Shown: one piece after another, positions 47,201 to 54,309 of the stretch | Numbering within the stretch: the stretch's first letter is position 1 | How the letters are laid out: each line of letters starts with the position of its first letter | Virus record (IMG/VR): IMGVR_UViG_3300030419_005383 | Span: 1 to 64,000 of that record | Direction: 5' to 3' (one strand) | Source: a virus | DNA: 64,000 nucleotides | The notes under the pieces: model-generated | What the model saw: the letters and a program-made list of their open reading frames with translations, nothing else | Told to the model about the DNA's origin: nothing | Database searches by the model: none | Translations under genes and position numbers: made by a program

Positions 47201-47439
47201 ATAAATCGAAACCCATCCTCTGCTTCCCGAACCCTTAAATCAATCCATTCGTCAGATTTGGTCGGGTTATCCACCTTGAGGGCTGCTCTGACCTGCTCGC
47301 CAAGCTCACTAATGCCCGCTTCATAGGCCTCACGGAGGTCTTCGCCTGTCCTTATTTCAAAGCGCGGATCAGGAGCGGGGCCAAGAACTTCTGCCGTTTC
47401 TTCAGTGACCTCGGTTCCCTCAAGCGTCTCTTCAGCCAT
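35257..47439 (-). CDS. giant (4060 aa) polyvalent DNA-ejection/internal virion protein
   Basis: ParB-like DGRHR, two HExxH motifs (LHELVH, AHENGH), HhH-like domain, C-terminal AR..GMDY...FYSFQ. Confidence 0.85.
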   Translation of the reverse strand: MAEETLEGTEVTEETAEVLGPAPDPRFEIRTGEDLREAYEAGISELGEQVRAALKVDNPTKSDEWIDLRVREAEDGFRFIEGIPGDETPGATIEKGKTVFGPRVLPVTEPIDPDEPAKRKAEYKETLDKAQESGELLRGLKDVMIGVTQPAFKEEITEGDLPDVPEFAEELAIVGAAGGSVLASRLKIPGGWIVGAMGGAAGGTALAHEIDDPGYLADLFNRTLDVTELSRAGNMAEELTAEGMAQAFEGARYVLKQKKVHMDGKTPEQADAEVEEWAKGVQEANMKIRSARQELVDTDPESATAMDNILAAGIPLARQIEAMESLPPSSVATVSPMQLPALLVTTALSSDEEREGVPALKSMAQLYREFHEKSNDFFERVAGASFMTPEERGAYYLERRVRTSEAKWSDAWAQLMETVRYAKENPDSNVSGILLDQMQNVSYVDVPGSLRQEYGGPTRMPDVRLFVHILQEATPEQRKTYESWARYDRNLGKAMNAAYGTSDWPWITETILDLAGDDVEDEVDLSEVQNWLNQVKFGTLVSMNFKFAESVPDTASVIETTGRMIERAAPTTKLEESVGSYMTTTVREGNQLYLIEGTMSRVMRSADLLMEPQLQLLMDAPVFAGDSLNQVLGVKDKNQELTLTGWMAESLANVATGDSGAMMATRRAMMANGGRPGEGYWMYGMLGGLSADFLVPWESPIFRTLGFGVRRSANALRGSVAAKRAVQALDGAPITSKLSMATHMMSAYVGPEIYQRVVKPPEEAALDPQKKEDLDAVSAVNNATMQLAAKMIELGISPLDSMSGYRLEAFENRLKETGVEDTEEFIKTFNNAMKGRRSLYTGNLQRFLQHGTPTEMSMRKDPEYLRVKDELSEYIKAGNLTDQDLVIHLALLEHQALAHSSDDMIPDIVTPIDFFKKINHRVGGQPGPGARFQTPEGVEPPARVEVLGQPVEAVTEVEGVSYRSRADRAREMRDEIIEMGHDVEELMRQDSGTLAGLEYIEPRVVNIDDIPVQKLWGSGRLKGAIEFIKSGKPMAPPRVAINADGTFHSIMDGRHRLEALRGMGKKKIVVDVELMERPADWLTSPRVEGARDPLPSLDPEVILKPPDKPPELPKAWPNYLLESASWVKNSLERAWNANRPEDLDVESGYGSIRQLIETATMGTRLSAETKYGRFEYTPWHAIRAIGGIFSQQVKMAERLVWSDLNNIERILQDLTQVPEGAVLKGIPEGAIDALRAALKDIEPLISDKGSLKKSHLLDREPWTIEDVYEGVIERFDQKNIRRSDLYGLIEGLKDTKTQLGLNAELHSIFQSDEWTSLFRGINREYQVRRGGLPIGSELSIEYKWVSPMAQALKRTVLRKASALTLANDEAVFDAYAKAEDRFESQTKGLSRYTGPERAVIKREKERKDRVQARIKADGIKKRVSTDVVSRAFNTPADFSRFMGLKDQELNDVDRAIYEEARELLTEIGSIKEYQEKILPAIKTFRQVAFGEARRLLDDIGDVFSDEFIDSLFKEFIEVDDTIDWKAVEARILQAGGAAEEALRLVDAVRDADSSDVSRALHRYNLIYRGLDSRVFWNGARPAIRTPMPIPPSIRADSNLKFRKAAKQWKSAKEAVYWIKENGTTDQIRAIAAYIEEFITDDVSIETTEAAHPEGWTGIYYWLGPGRPSPHIDLYQPNEKLRSGDWEKTALHELVHAATVMRYNEGLGEGPSTPLGKASIELDHLWEYVRDRLDGYLRQEERRETLGEEVDYLEQLIVDDEPVVRTLPYGLKNAKEFLAEAFSNPEFQSILKDIVFVDTQESVWSRLLSWVADALGIAKTDRNALSEAMRIQHDLLTAPREGEPSVAPPAGMVEPLPSKAPVPPKITRDLAEHEGAEFTDQDVEAFLDSKQTPIVPIGKKALAKYAKMPKAEREALPEQERRRIREAFRIEVLAAVPAPMAIKTRFKPRDSVKEKALPLNPTRRGDDVLAKIDALLERWPEGKMLSSEAEWKKFWFNATNDKNVVKPPYKMIEYYNNPDAVVDFLKENLTAEQQSAVNEGFSVVEKFGEAYAAGRAQPRHTAKLFLWGMLSRNSSVWIQEAGFIDAVNAGVDEFINVALRGEWDDVWQAAWRKRARAIVNLNKYSGSPGTQALMNLNAFGDLFLRRMSERLPVNHDRYPGMTKLEAIHRLMSDQNLSGSEVRRQFWTMSQGVGIQNKVMSFVALMAGRPDTAVLDVWQTRHIYDYANRANEYGNPGSLNTGWQAPKGGYKSTASFRPWSQKPGLASVFDGPRGLLFYEAVEGALNKIVPEVYKKLGRPEDASIGRFHWETWVAANQQLISHSTGEALVKEMFGLESPYRGVYVRMGEQRSPILGFYYVNVPKADLHALDPVHGNGILAAATSDGRIFGFDLKSKNKFEKEIKSHAKDVLKKLSPEERILPRQPEGEPTGKYLARLSQEAGGNWYEHPSVNRAAYDRAIERFGVQPDDTVLDVLADAFRIAPTEAKPALPTSIRYDGGPDSPRGSFEVRTDESGTASYLLRLFSTGRFDTLAHENGHLLQAIMGDKWRSWLFRFFDTDQNGRLTDAGHEQFANALAQWWETKRASYNPGVNRLIGQLHGELRNLWRLIRQKRHNLPKHLAEFWDELYRPSELLAMPAAKITDDVLKKTQKRPVVQLKRSVAGRVKKSIEGYVARTVSQADDKSGLTPLMKVFRLRDRQVAQRIASDIADTAIRKLMADSRVPVELPDDLIQGLMDGIISDVLKRLEGRDLRLRLEGGDEKLGPPLSADDFLKEVSKGIVSDVFTRLKNISPEMVPTAMAERVLESPVGKAGRRRAGMRLMGDEESLRQELGVKAGDEIDAIALVVRSMGLEAAERFKRSQRAENVVRMTIRTIVPASRVSRIKKDVTDRLMDAVGENAKQLVKRIKLVSRGDATGLVRSYMQEDPNARLLDEADYIEFDPPQAARIKRLVHELANEPMGNILPDRFFRQSDFTKIAVADWQNIHEVLVDVSAGVAARVNRYDDRMSRSLALAFTRYVGEVFDKVDNRALFKSIDNVRRKFRDLFIVPEFGKDLMDPAVRDLINNSLRLGEDNPRFFVRAVSEWRKGNKEGTVQELYDHLIEHLNAPVALSDLKPILEMERDLSGVISREDLRFKTQEELDIKIDQLDEGFDLQMLVRKLDNIQGYLTEYWGLHPKDRQALDIIRSYIDPTNPDRLVELSDNDRYAVSDAIRVIHNGLVRRKKQVLVRAENLAISLSGADDLSIVKNLDEYELISIYQNFYQGRFMEMINLAQEKGLIVSGYEYDAATAILEMIMRMRFMEILTVLSHNLAKYGYTGDVRELTSHRGFSPDTSIDRIAFVENVHHHINQIMSFNYQAIRKPEKRRLQTPRPKPPRQPDWRLTVNNDDLEAYTVAHKYVQKWGIKYAKSGFQQHTFPDGSTTLLPEAAIKEIEEMTNRLSQIGYAWTGAKSRKAQDIAAKGRLKATKKGLLGTELGPEFIPEDLGPTEKAKLTLAQAVDTVFELNPLTHSRMKQHMTTGTGLVELPYYMAAFMGIAAAVHQGLGAVKAGKITAQAVPTMARMGTSLVTKNSNLVGAVVSRMWGEGGWKPNARPLITKDYRVYTANRLGNMAIAHSLKSSFPQAESARAVHEILRDKLDTAPWYKSPTGFIKKVYRPWKETLLEFATAMDNIFRVSVWISEIERGLSPSQAAARARKIGMDYSALTEFEKSFMRIVFMFYSFQRKNLDLFYETLLTNPGRILAQMRLVKGSKNLWLEEEPVLVEEHYFESRPVMFAMKSVLNRMKNKQVAWYAPELPAFTAMMPFLNLFDAAAYHGTKQGDQGLREFISMTNPVLMLPIVTVTEQNFYFNRSLRRSGTIPSWFVNLDRYGPSGGYVVDELFGAEVWGPSDPEYQKVPGETVSYKAGGSLGPLLFHMWKNMAPLPFAGREMTLFDRLDRANMGAVESMLEVGYQFRQFGNREGFLDDIDSHYLPRHRRVRLPGTSTYIQAQPGTVAAETMVPRTELVAGEDPAAFSPGEAMGVIGIVPDVVETQETKIQRALRSSLRDLSKATVEKKRQAESAIDE

Positions 47440-47489
47440 TACCGCCTCCGTGTTCAGAGATTGTATCAGCCGAGCGGAGTTTGTTCACC

Positions 47490-50400
47490 TCATGGCCCCA
47501 TGGCGTCTACAAGCTCATCGGTGCCCTGTTGGTTTTGTAGATCCCAGGTGGGGGCTAGTCCTTGATTGTCCCGAATCACCTTCAACGCTGCATCATATTT
47601 ACCCACATATTTTCTGGTCTCAGGGTGAAGTCCGCGATCATCACGGTTCTTGGTTTTAAATTCAGCGCGAGGATTTCGTAATGCCACTGTAAGGTTTCCT
47701 GGGCCGGTATTGTATGCCGCAGCGGAAAGTCTCCACGCATCTTCCTCAGAGTCTGCGTGAGAAGCGAACTTTTTGTGCAACATCTTTAGATACCGGGCCG
47801 CAGCATCAGCCTGTTCTCTCCAGTCTTGATAGTTCCTCGGATCAATCTTGAGATCTTCGCTGGCGGTTTTTGGCATGATCTGAAACATGCCTTGAGCACC
47901 AGCCTTGCTTATCGCTCCTGGCTTGAACCTGGATTCAACCCAAGCAATACCCTGCAACATACCTGGGGGAAGGCCGTACCTTTCCTCTATACGGAAAAAG
48001 TGGTCCCTCATTTCCTTGGGAACCCTCTCATTAAAGAGTCCATCATAGTTTTTCTTGTAGCCAAGGATGTACTTGTCTGGGCTATCAAAAGCTCCAGCTT
48101 CATCTAAAACCGTCCCACCAACACCACCAACAACCCTGGGGCCCGACTCGCCTGGCTCTGGCTCGACATCTTCCACGGTCATATCGCCAACTGCGCTTTT
48201 GAACTGGGGCTCGTCGCCTTCCATCCGCATCTGGTCCACTGCGCTTTTGAACTGAGGCTCGTCGCCTTCCATCTCTTCGCTCGTGGCTTCCCCGATTTTT
48301 GTTTCTCCAGCATCTTGCTCAAGTGGAACATCAGATCTGGCCCACTCCAGGGCCTGCTGCAACGCGCTTTCTGATGGCCCAATGTTCTGCAACGCTCGAT
48401 TAGCCGCGCCTGCTTGAGTCTGGTAACGGGCCTGGTTTGCTTTTTCGTTTTCAACTTGTTGGATGGATTTCTGAAGTTGAGATTGTAGGTCTGCGATCTT
48501 CTGGTCGTGCTTTTCCTTCGCCTGTTGATAGGCGGCAACCTTCATGGTCTCTTTGTCACGATCATCTTGTCGAACAATTTCTCCATGCCGACCCAGTGTT
48601 CGTTCGTCTTTCCAGTGACCAGCAGCTTTCATCCTTGCAGAGCGGTCGTTAAAACTTGCCAATTCATCATCAATTTCTTGCTGTAGCTGACCGGCCACAG
48701 GGCCAAGTTGGGCGATATTTTTTCTGCTTTCGGTAGCCATCCGGCCATAATACTTCCTCGCGTCTTCCGTGCTTTTGCGCTTTTGCGCTAAGTCCAAGAC
48801 CTGTTGACGCTGATCCCGTTGCGACATCAGTCCAAAACCAGGGATTACATTCTCAAGACCCGCGACCGCCTCATCTGACAGTGCCGGCATAGCCTCGGCT
48901 GGAGGCGGCGGCTCTCCCGCGGCCAATGGCCCGACTGGAGGCGGGGGAGTGTCAAACAAGCCATCAAACTCTTTTTTAGCTGCCTTAGCCTCAGCCCCAG
49001 AAGCCGCAGTGTAGAACGAGTCCTGTAGCTCAAGGTCAGTCGCGTCAACTACACGATCTGAAAGCGGCACAGGAGCCTGCTCCGGTCCAAGTCTTCCCGC
49101 CTCGCGGGCTAGTCTTCTTCCTTCACGCACAGCTTGACGCTGGCCTCTTGCTGCCTGCCGGGCTTTAGTCAATTCTTCCTGACCCGTTCCAAACACTTCT
49201 CCAGCGGGCTCTGCATCTTCTACGGCAAGGTCTTCTGGAGCAACTTCGCCGAATTCAAATTGTTCCTCTTCAGGAAGAGCGCCTTCTGTATCTTCTACGG
49301 CAATCTGTTTCGGAGCAACTTCGCCGAATTCAAATTGTTCCTCTTCAGGAAGAGCGCCTTCTGTATCTTCTACGGCAATCTGTTTCGGATGAACTTTGCC
49401 GAATTGAACCTGTGACACCGATTTGGCCGGATCGATTGGATCCAAGGCGTCAAATGGCACACTCAAGTCTAATTCAGCGAGCCTACCCATGAAGTTACCG
49501 AAAACGCTTGTGCCTGCCTGGCGGGCCTCTCTTGCTTCCTGGCGCTCACCGATTCGTTGTAGCTTCGCCGCATGACGAGCCGCACTTGTTTCCTGGCGCT
49601 CACCGATTCGCTCTCGCTTCGCCTCATGGCGCTTACCGAACCGTTCTGTCCGCCGCTTGTATCGATCAAGTGCCGGTGACACTTCACGGAAACCGGACGG
49701 AGCCATATACTCGCCGTAATACTGCTGGCTCCTATATGGGAGACCGGCCATCCTCATCAATTCAGCATGCTGTCGCGAGGCGCTCAATTGTGAAGGTGCT
49801 GATTCCCCAGAAAAATCAATGTTGCCCATCTTCTCAGCTTGTTCAAAAAGCTTAGCAGATGTGCTGTCTTTGGCCATTTCGTCAATTGCCGCAGTTATGT
49901 CAGCTTCGCTATAGACCGGAAATTCAGACTGAATGTAGGGACCAGGCTCCTGACCAGCAAAAAAATCAGCCTTTAGCCCTTGGGTGATTGAATCGTCTGC
50001 ACCATGCTCCTCCATCATTGCGTCATAGATTATTCGATTCAAAGCGAGCTTCTTGGCTCTATATGTATTTGCATCTTTGCTTTTTAGGTCTCCCACGATG
50101 TTCCCTGACATCCTTCTCAATTGGCGTAGCGCGGTATCGGTATCGGGCCAGGTAGTGCGCTTGTAGTCCCTTAAAACCTTATCCACGGCGTCAATTTGTT
50201 TCTGAGTCAACTCAAGACGCTTTTCATTATCTACGCTAATGCCTCTCAGTTGGTTGGAGAGTTTTACCTCCCGATCCTGTTCGGACTCTTTCAGTGAGCC
50301 CGCTGTCCTGATGAGGGAGGGGCCCATTGTTTGGAAGAGCCTGGCTTGCTGCGAAGCTGGAGAATACTTCTGCTGAGCCTCCCACCTCTTCAGGGCGTCT

Positions 50401-50504
50401 GCATCGCTGAGACCACCCAGCGAATATTGCGAAGCTGCCGATGGCTGTGGCGACATAAGAATTTGAGCCAGAAGCTGGTCTGCGACTGTTTTTGTTTTTG
50501 CCAT
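47490..50504 (-). CDS. internal virion protein with C-terminal lytic transglycosylase (SLT)
   Basis: IAWVESRF, GAQGMFQIMPKTA, AAYNTGPG. Confidence 0.88.
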   Translation of the reverse strand: MAKTKTVADQLLAQILMSPQPSAASQYSLGGLSDADALKRWEAQQKYSPASQQARLFQTMGPSLIRTAGSLKESEQDREVKLSNQLRGISVDNEKRLELTQKQIDAVDKVLRDYKRTTWPDTDTALRQLRRMSGNIVGDLKSKDANTYRAKKLALNRIIYDAMMEEHGADDSITQGLKADFFAGQEPGPYIQSEFPVYSEADITAAIDEMAKDSTSAKLFEQAEKMGNIDFSGESAPSQLSASRQHAELMRMAGLPYRSQQYYGEYMAPSGFREVSPALDRYKRRTERFGKRHEAKRERIGERQETSAARHAAKLQRIGERQEAREARQAGTSVFGNFMGRLAELDLSVPFDALDPIDPAKSVSQVQFGKVHPKQIAVEDTEGALPEEEQFEFGEVAPKQIAVEDTEGALPEEEQFEFGEVAPEDLAVEDAEPAGEVFGTGQEELTKARQAARGQRQAVREGRRLAREAGRLGPEQAPVPLSDRVVDATDLELQDSFYTAASGAEAKAAKKEFDGLFDTPPPPVGPLAAGEPPPPAEAMPALSDEAVAGLENVIPGFGLMSQRDQRQQVLDLAQKRKSTEDARKYYGRMATESRKNIAQLGPVAGQLQQEIDDELASFNDRSARMKAAGHWKDERTLGRHGEIVRQDDRDKETMKVAAYQQAKEKHDQKIADLQSQLQKSIQQVENEKANQARYQTQAGAANRALQNIGPSESALQQALEWARSDVPLEQDAGETKIGEATSEEMEGDEPQFKSAVDQMRMEGDEPQFKSAVGDMTVEDVEPEPGESGPRVVGGVGGTVLDEAGAFDSPDKYILGYKKNYDGLFNERVPKEMRDHFFRIEERYGLPPGMLQGIAWVESRFKPGAISKAGAQGMFQIMPKTASEDLKIDPRNYQDWREQADAAARYLKMLHKKFASHADSEEDAWRLSAAAYNTGPGNLTVALRNPRAEFKTKNRDDRGLHPETRKYVGKYDAALKVIRDNQGLAPTWDLQNQQGTDELVDAMGP
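48190..48275. repeat. 48-bp in-frame tandem repeat
   Basis: MEGDEPQFKSAV x2 (48191, 48239). Confidence 0.85.
49210..49405. repeat. 75-bp in-frame tandem repeat (~2.6 copies)
   Basis: Identical units start at 49237 and 49312. Confidence 0.9.
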
Positions 50505-50513
50505 GACTATTTC

Positions 50514-51491
50514 CTATAGGAGCTTGTACCGACTGGGGGGGGTCGATGATGCCCCAGTGCCACCAAGAGAATACTTGCCCGTGTTAGGATTGAAGTTTTC
50601 CATCAACTCATCATCTAGATGTGTTGGACTGATCCTCTGGGCTCTGGAACGCGCCCGTGCTGCCCGCCGCCCGTACCCGGCACCAGCACGCGATGGCGCC
50701 TCACCCATTTCGGCCATCGTTCGAGCCGCTTCTGGGTCAACATCAAAACCGGCCCTCTTGGCCGCTGTCTTTTGCGCCTCAAGCTGTTTTCTGCTTAGCT
50801 CCTCAGCCCTGCCGGTCGCTTTCTGGGCCGCAGCTTCCGCCGACAATGGTTTCCCAGTTTTCAGGGCTGCGGTTGCTGCCATCAGGCCTGTCTGTAGCGC
50901 CCCAACAGCAGACTCTCGCCTTCTTTTCCTGAATTGCGCGTCTGCTTCCTCAAGCTCTCGACGGCGGTCAATCTTCATCTGTTCCTTGTGCTGCCTTTCT
51001 TGTTCAGCAAGCCTGGAGCCCTCACGAAAGAGATCCGCCATCTGCCCGCTGGCCTCTCGTCGTTCTCTGACCTGTGAGGCCGCAGATGTATCTCCGCGAG
51101 CGGCCAATCCAGCCTGTAGCTGCTGTGAAAACTCCCTTGCCCCGCGGAACATGCCTGGTGGCATTTCTCTACGGATAGGGCCTTGCCCTCTTAATTCCTG
51201 CAACTCTTCGTATTGTTGTCTCTCAAGGGGTGTTCGAAACACTCCCAGGCCTGATTCGACGAGAGTTGGAGCTGCCGTCATCCCAATTCCAGCCAATTGC
51301 CGAAGACGCAAGACTTCCTGGTTGTACGCCGCCTGCTCCGGGGAACCCAGATACTGCTGGGCGAAGCCTTGTGAAGCCCGGTCCATCCATGGGGGCTGAA
51401 GGCTCTGCTGCGGATACGAGCCAGGCTCGATTGGGCGCCCATAGGCGTCTACCGCTAAACCGCTAATCATCGGATCGAATTCATATGCCAT
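50514..51491 (-). CDS. putative DNA-ejection (internal virion) protein
   Basis: A/Q/R-rich helical protein between the tail and SLT genes. Confidence 0.65.
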   Translation of the reverse strand: MAYEFDPMISGLAVDAYGRPIEPGSYPQQSLQPPWMDRASQGFAQQYLGSPEQAAYNQEVLRLRQLAGIGMTAAPTLVESGLGVFRTPLERQQYEELQELRGQGPIRREMPPGMFRGAREFSQQLQAGLAARGDTSAASQVRERREASGQMADLFREGSRLAEQERQHKEQMKIDRRRELEEADAQFRKRRRESAVGALQTGLMAATAALKTGKPLSAEAAAQKATGRAEELSRKQLEAQKTAAKRAGFDVDPEAARTMAEMGEAPSRAGAGYGRRAARARSRAQRISPTHLDDELMENFNPNTGKYSLGGTGASSTPPSRYKLL

Positions 51492-51505
51492 GTTTGATTC
51501 CTCAA

Positions 51506-51955
51506 TTACCCGATTCCATAAAGGTCTGCGTTGAATCTATCGGTGAGCGTTGCACCACCGACATTCATCGCCTCAACAATTGGGGCGTCTGCTTCACCAA
51601 TCTGAACCGGCCTTGGGGAATCAGCCCTCTTGGCCAGCTCTGCTGCTTCTTTATTGAAGCGTTTTTGCGCTTCTTCTGCTCTTTCTTGAGCTTGCTTTTC
51701 CAACGCTGTAATCGCCTTCTGTTCTTTCATTGCCTTCTTCGCGCTCACGCCACCCATGATGGCTCCAGCAACCAAGCCAACGCCAGCGCCAATAAGCGTG
51801 CCAACAACCGGAACGGCACTGCCCATTGCCGCACCCATCATCATTCCGGTAGTCGCCCCGGTTGCGCCCGTCTTCAGTCCGGTCACAGCGGCCTCTGACC
51901 GCATCGCTTTTCTTTCGGCTTCTGTGAAATCAGTTGTAAGGTCTTTATCAGCCAT
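51506..51955 (-). CDS. putative ejection/pilot protein with Gly-zipper
   Basis: GAAMGSAVPVVGTLIGAGVGLVAGAIMGG followed by a coiled coil. Confidence 0.7.
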   Translation of the reverse strand: MADKDLTTDFTEAERKAMRSEAAVTGLKTGATGATTGMMMGAAMGSAVPVVGTLIGAGVGLVAGAIMGGVSAKKAMKEQKAITALEKQAQERAEEAQKRFNKEAAELAKRADSPRPVQIGEADAPIVEAMNVGGATLTDRFNADLYGIG

Positions 51956-51983
51956 TTGAGTCCCGCCGTCTTAGGATACCATC

Positions 51984-52796
51984 CTATCCGAATCGTTTGA
52001 CTGGTGCAGTCAGCCCATAGTAGTCCACGATGATATTTCGGGCAGATGCGCTTGCGGGAGCGATTGCAATGACCGGCGCAAGCGCCTGTGTAGAAGCGGG
52101 AATGTTTGTTGTAACAACCGGGCCAACGTCTTTGTTCTCAACTTGAAATTGTATACCGCTGCGTGTTCTGCGCCATCCAAGGGTTGCGTACTTCGTGTTT
52201 GCCGCAACCTTTAAATCTACCTTTGTTTCTGCTGTTCCTTTTCGGCAGACTCCGAACCAATTGACAGCAGTTGCTGTTGCTCTGGCCGCAAACCCTATTC
52301 CATGGGCGGTGTTTGACCCGGCAGCATCAGGTATAACGGTGGCGCTATAGAATAGACCGGCCCAGATATTGACTTGAGTCAACGTTCCGTCCAGTTTGAT
52401 TTTTATGAACAGCCTCGCTCCGACCGGAGGTGGGCCGTAAAACGGACATGTTGTTGTTTGGCCCTGATGAATCGCAATACCGTTTCCTGACGATCCTGCT
52501 GTAGTCAGCTTAATCATCCCACAATCCAGCCAACCAGACGCAGAAGGGCTTACCGCAGCAACGGATCCGCCGCCTGAGCCAATATCAGCAATGACCCACC
52601 CTAATCGACCGACTTCGCCCGTCTCGGCAGAAGGAACCTCGAAATCATCCCACAACCTGTAGCCGCTCTGCTGCGACAAAGTGACACTTGTAGGCGTCAG
52701 GTTGCTTGCGCGAACAATCGGCCTTGTAAGCCTTTCGCGCTTTCGAGACTTTTTGACCGGTCTTGATTTAACTGAACGGCCACCACGCCATGACAT
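51984..52796 (-). CDS. virion protein (lectin/jelly-roll-like)
   Basis: LWDDF...IIVDYY; TGATG coupling. Confidence 0.7.
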   Translation of the reverse strand: MSWRGGRSVKSRPVKKSRKRERLTRPIVRASNLTPTSVTLSQQSGYRLWDDFEVPSAETGEVGRLGWVIADIGSGGGSVAAVSPSASGWLDCGMIKLTTAGSSGNGIAIHQGQTTTCPFYGPPPVGARLFIKIKLDGTLTQVNIWAGLFYSATVIPDAAGSNTAHGIGFAARATATAVNWFGVCRKGTAETKVDLKVAANTKYATLGWRRTRSGIQFQVENKDVGPVVTTNIPASTQALAPVIAIAPASASARNIIVDYYGLTAPVKRFG

Positions 52797-53614
52797 CAAC
52801 CGCTCCCGCTGTAGTTGGTGTGAACATCGACCACCATTGATCTCACATCAACAATAATCTGGCCAGTATTTTGGCCAGCCGTAGCCGTTAATGGCTTGAC
52901 GTAAACAGCAACGCTGTGCATTCCCTCGTCAAGCTCTTTGTGACAAATCATAGACACGTTCTTTCGAGCCAGGAAATTGGAAAACGTCCTGATACCAACA
53001 CCATCTACACCTGTAGCTTCAGCCCAATCAATAAACCGATTATCAGGGTCAGACGCCAGGCAGACTTCACGAACAGTTCCATCAACTTTTGGGCCATCGT
53101 TAAAAGCCAACCATAGGCGAGCGCATTGCGTTCCATCATCCTCGAAAGCTGAAGGTTGCCAAGTCGAAGACGAAGACGAATAATTTCCAATCATTGGGTC
53201 GTTATCTGTAGATACCTGCGATCTTTCCGGTAAATTTCCGCCTTCTTCATAGACGTACAAGTTGCAAAACACTGAAACCTTGCAGTCATCTCTTGGCACA
53301 TAGAAAGTGACGCCAAGCCCAGGGCAGGCGTTGTCTGTCTTTGTGTGATTAGAGTGGAAAAACGCCTGATGCCCATAGCCCTCAGGAGTCATTCGGTAGT
53401 GAACGTCTCCAGTTACCGCGACCATTCTTGGGCTGGGAGCACCGTAAAACTCAGGTTTATAAATGTACTCACGAGTGATCCAATTTGTGCTGGATGTGAG
53501 ATCCGAAGCCTCAATGTCCTCATTGATAAAATCTGAAATTTCTTGCAGTTTGTCTTGTATGTCTGATGCGCTGACTGTGTCGCCAGGTGAGAAATTAGTG
53601 AATGTCGTCGGCAT
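52796..53614 (-). CDS. tail-associated protein, triplet member 3
   Basis: N-terminus FSPGDTVSASD. Confidence 0.7.
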   Translation of the reverse strand: MPTTFTNFSPGDTVSASDIQDKLQEISDFINEDIEASDLTSSTNWITREYIYKPEFYGAPSPRMVAVTGDVHYRMTPEGYGHQAFFHSNHTKTDNACPGLGVTFYVPRDDCKVSVFCNLYVYEEGGNLPERSQVSTDNDPMIGNYSSSSSTWQPSAFEDDGTQCARLWLAFNDGPKVDGTVREVCLASDPDNRFIDWAEATGVDGVGIRTFSNFLARKNVSMICHKELDEGMHSVAVYVKPLTATAGQNTGQIIVDVRSMVVDVHTNYSGSG

Positions 53615-53616
53615 TT

Positions 53617-54309
53617 CTATCTCCCAAACAATTCCACATAGAGGTACGGCGCAGAAAACGTGATGTCCAAAGTCGGATGAAGGTTTTGTTTAAGAAACAA
53701 GCCAAACCAAACTGTACTTGAGCTTGAACTCGTAAACTTGTGGGCAATAGTCGTAATGCCCCTGAAGACAACTCCAGCCCGCGCAATCTCAAACGGCCTG
53801 TCTTCGTGTTCATCACTATCTGATCTACTGCCTGAGACTGAGGACCCATCGCCTTTTGCTACAGATTCATGAAATTGGAAGTTTCGTTTCGTCTCGTCAA
53901 TCAAGGTCCAAGTGGAATTGTCTGTAGAATATCCAATCGCCACCTGTCCGTAAGGTGGGTCTTCCGAATAGTCACTGGCCCCTAATGCTATCTCAAACGA
54001 TGCCCTGACAATACAGGTAGTAGTGCTGTCAGACAGGTCGAAAGAACCAACCATCATCTGATCACCACCAATAAAATTGGGAACCGAAAAATAATCGCCG
54101 TTGTGAGTCGTATAGCTTGAACTGCTAAAAGAATTTAGGTCCAATCGAACCGCGCTTGCTTCAAAACACCCGCCATCCAACCCTTCCTCTCTAAGGTTGG
54201 CCCTGTTGATTGATCCTGTTGCTGATGCCCAATTATCGAGAGTTTTATTAGCATCAGTGGTGTTTAGAACATCGCCGGCTGTGACTTTAGTAATCGAAAC
54301 CCGGCTCAT
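53617..54309 (-). CDS. tail-associated protein, triplet member 2
   Basis: N-terminus VTAGDVLNTTDAN...INRANL. Confidence 0.7.
   Translation of the reverse strand: MSRVSITKVTAGDVLNTTDANKTLDNWASATGSINRANLREEGLDGGCFEASAVRLDLNSFSSSSYTTHNGDYFSVPNFIGGDQMMVGSFDLSDSTTTCIVRASFEIALGASDYSEDPPYGQVAIGYSTDNSTWTLIDETKRNFQFHESVAKGDGSSVSGSRSDSDEHEDRPFEIARAGVVFRGITTIAHKFTSSSSSTVWFGLFLKQNLHPTLDITFSAPYLYVELFGR

Noticed and set aside
35257-47439. Virion RNA polymerase (N4- or crAss-like)
   Set aside because: No DxDGD-type or other RNAP motif recognised; the early promoters look host-sigma-like
47490-50504. Tape measure protein
   Set aside because: No tail tube, sheath or chaperone genes; context is podovirus-like ejection genes
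50503-51399. 298-aa + strand ORF and similar long antisense ORFs
   Set aside because: Shadow frames of well-supported genes on the opposite strand
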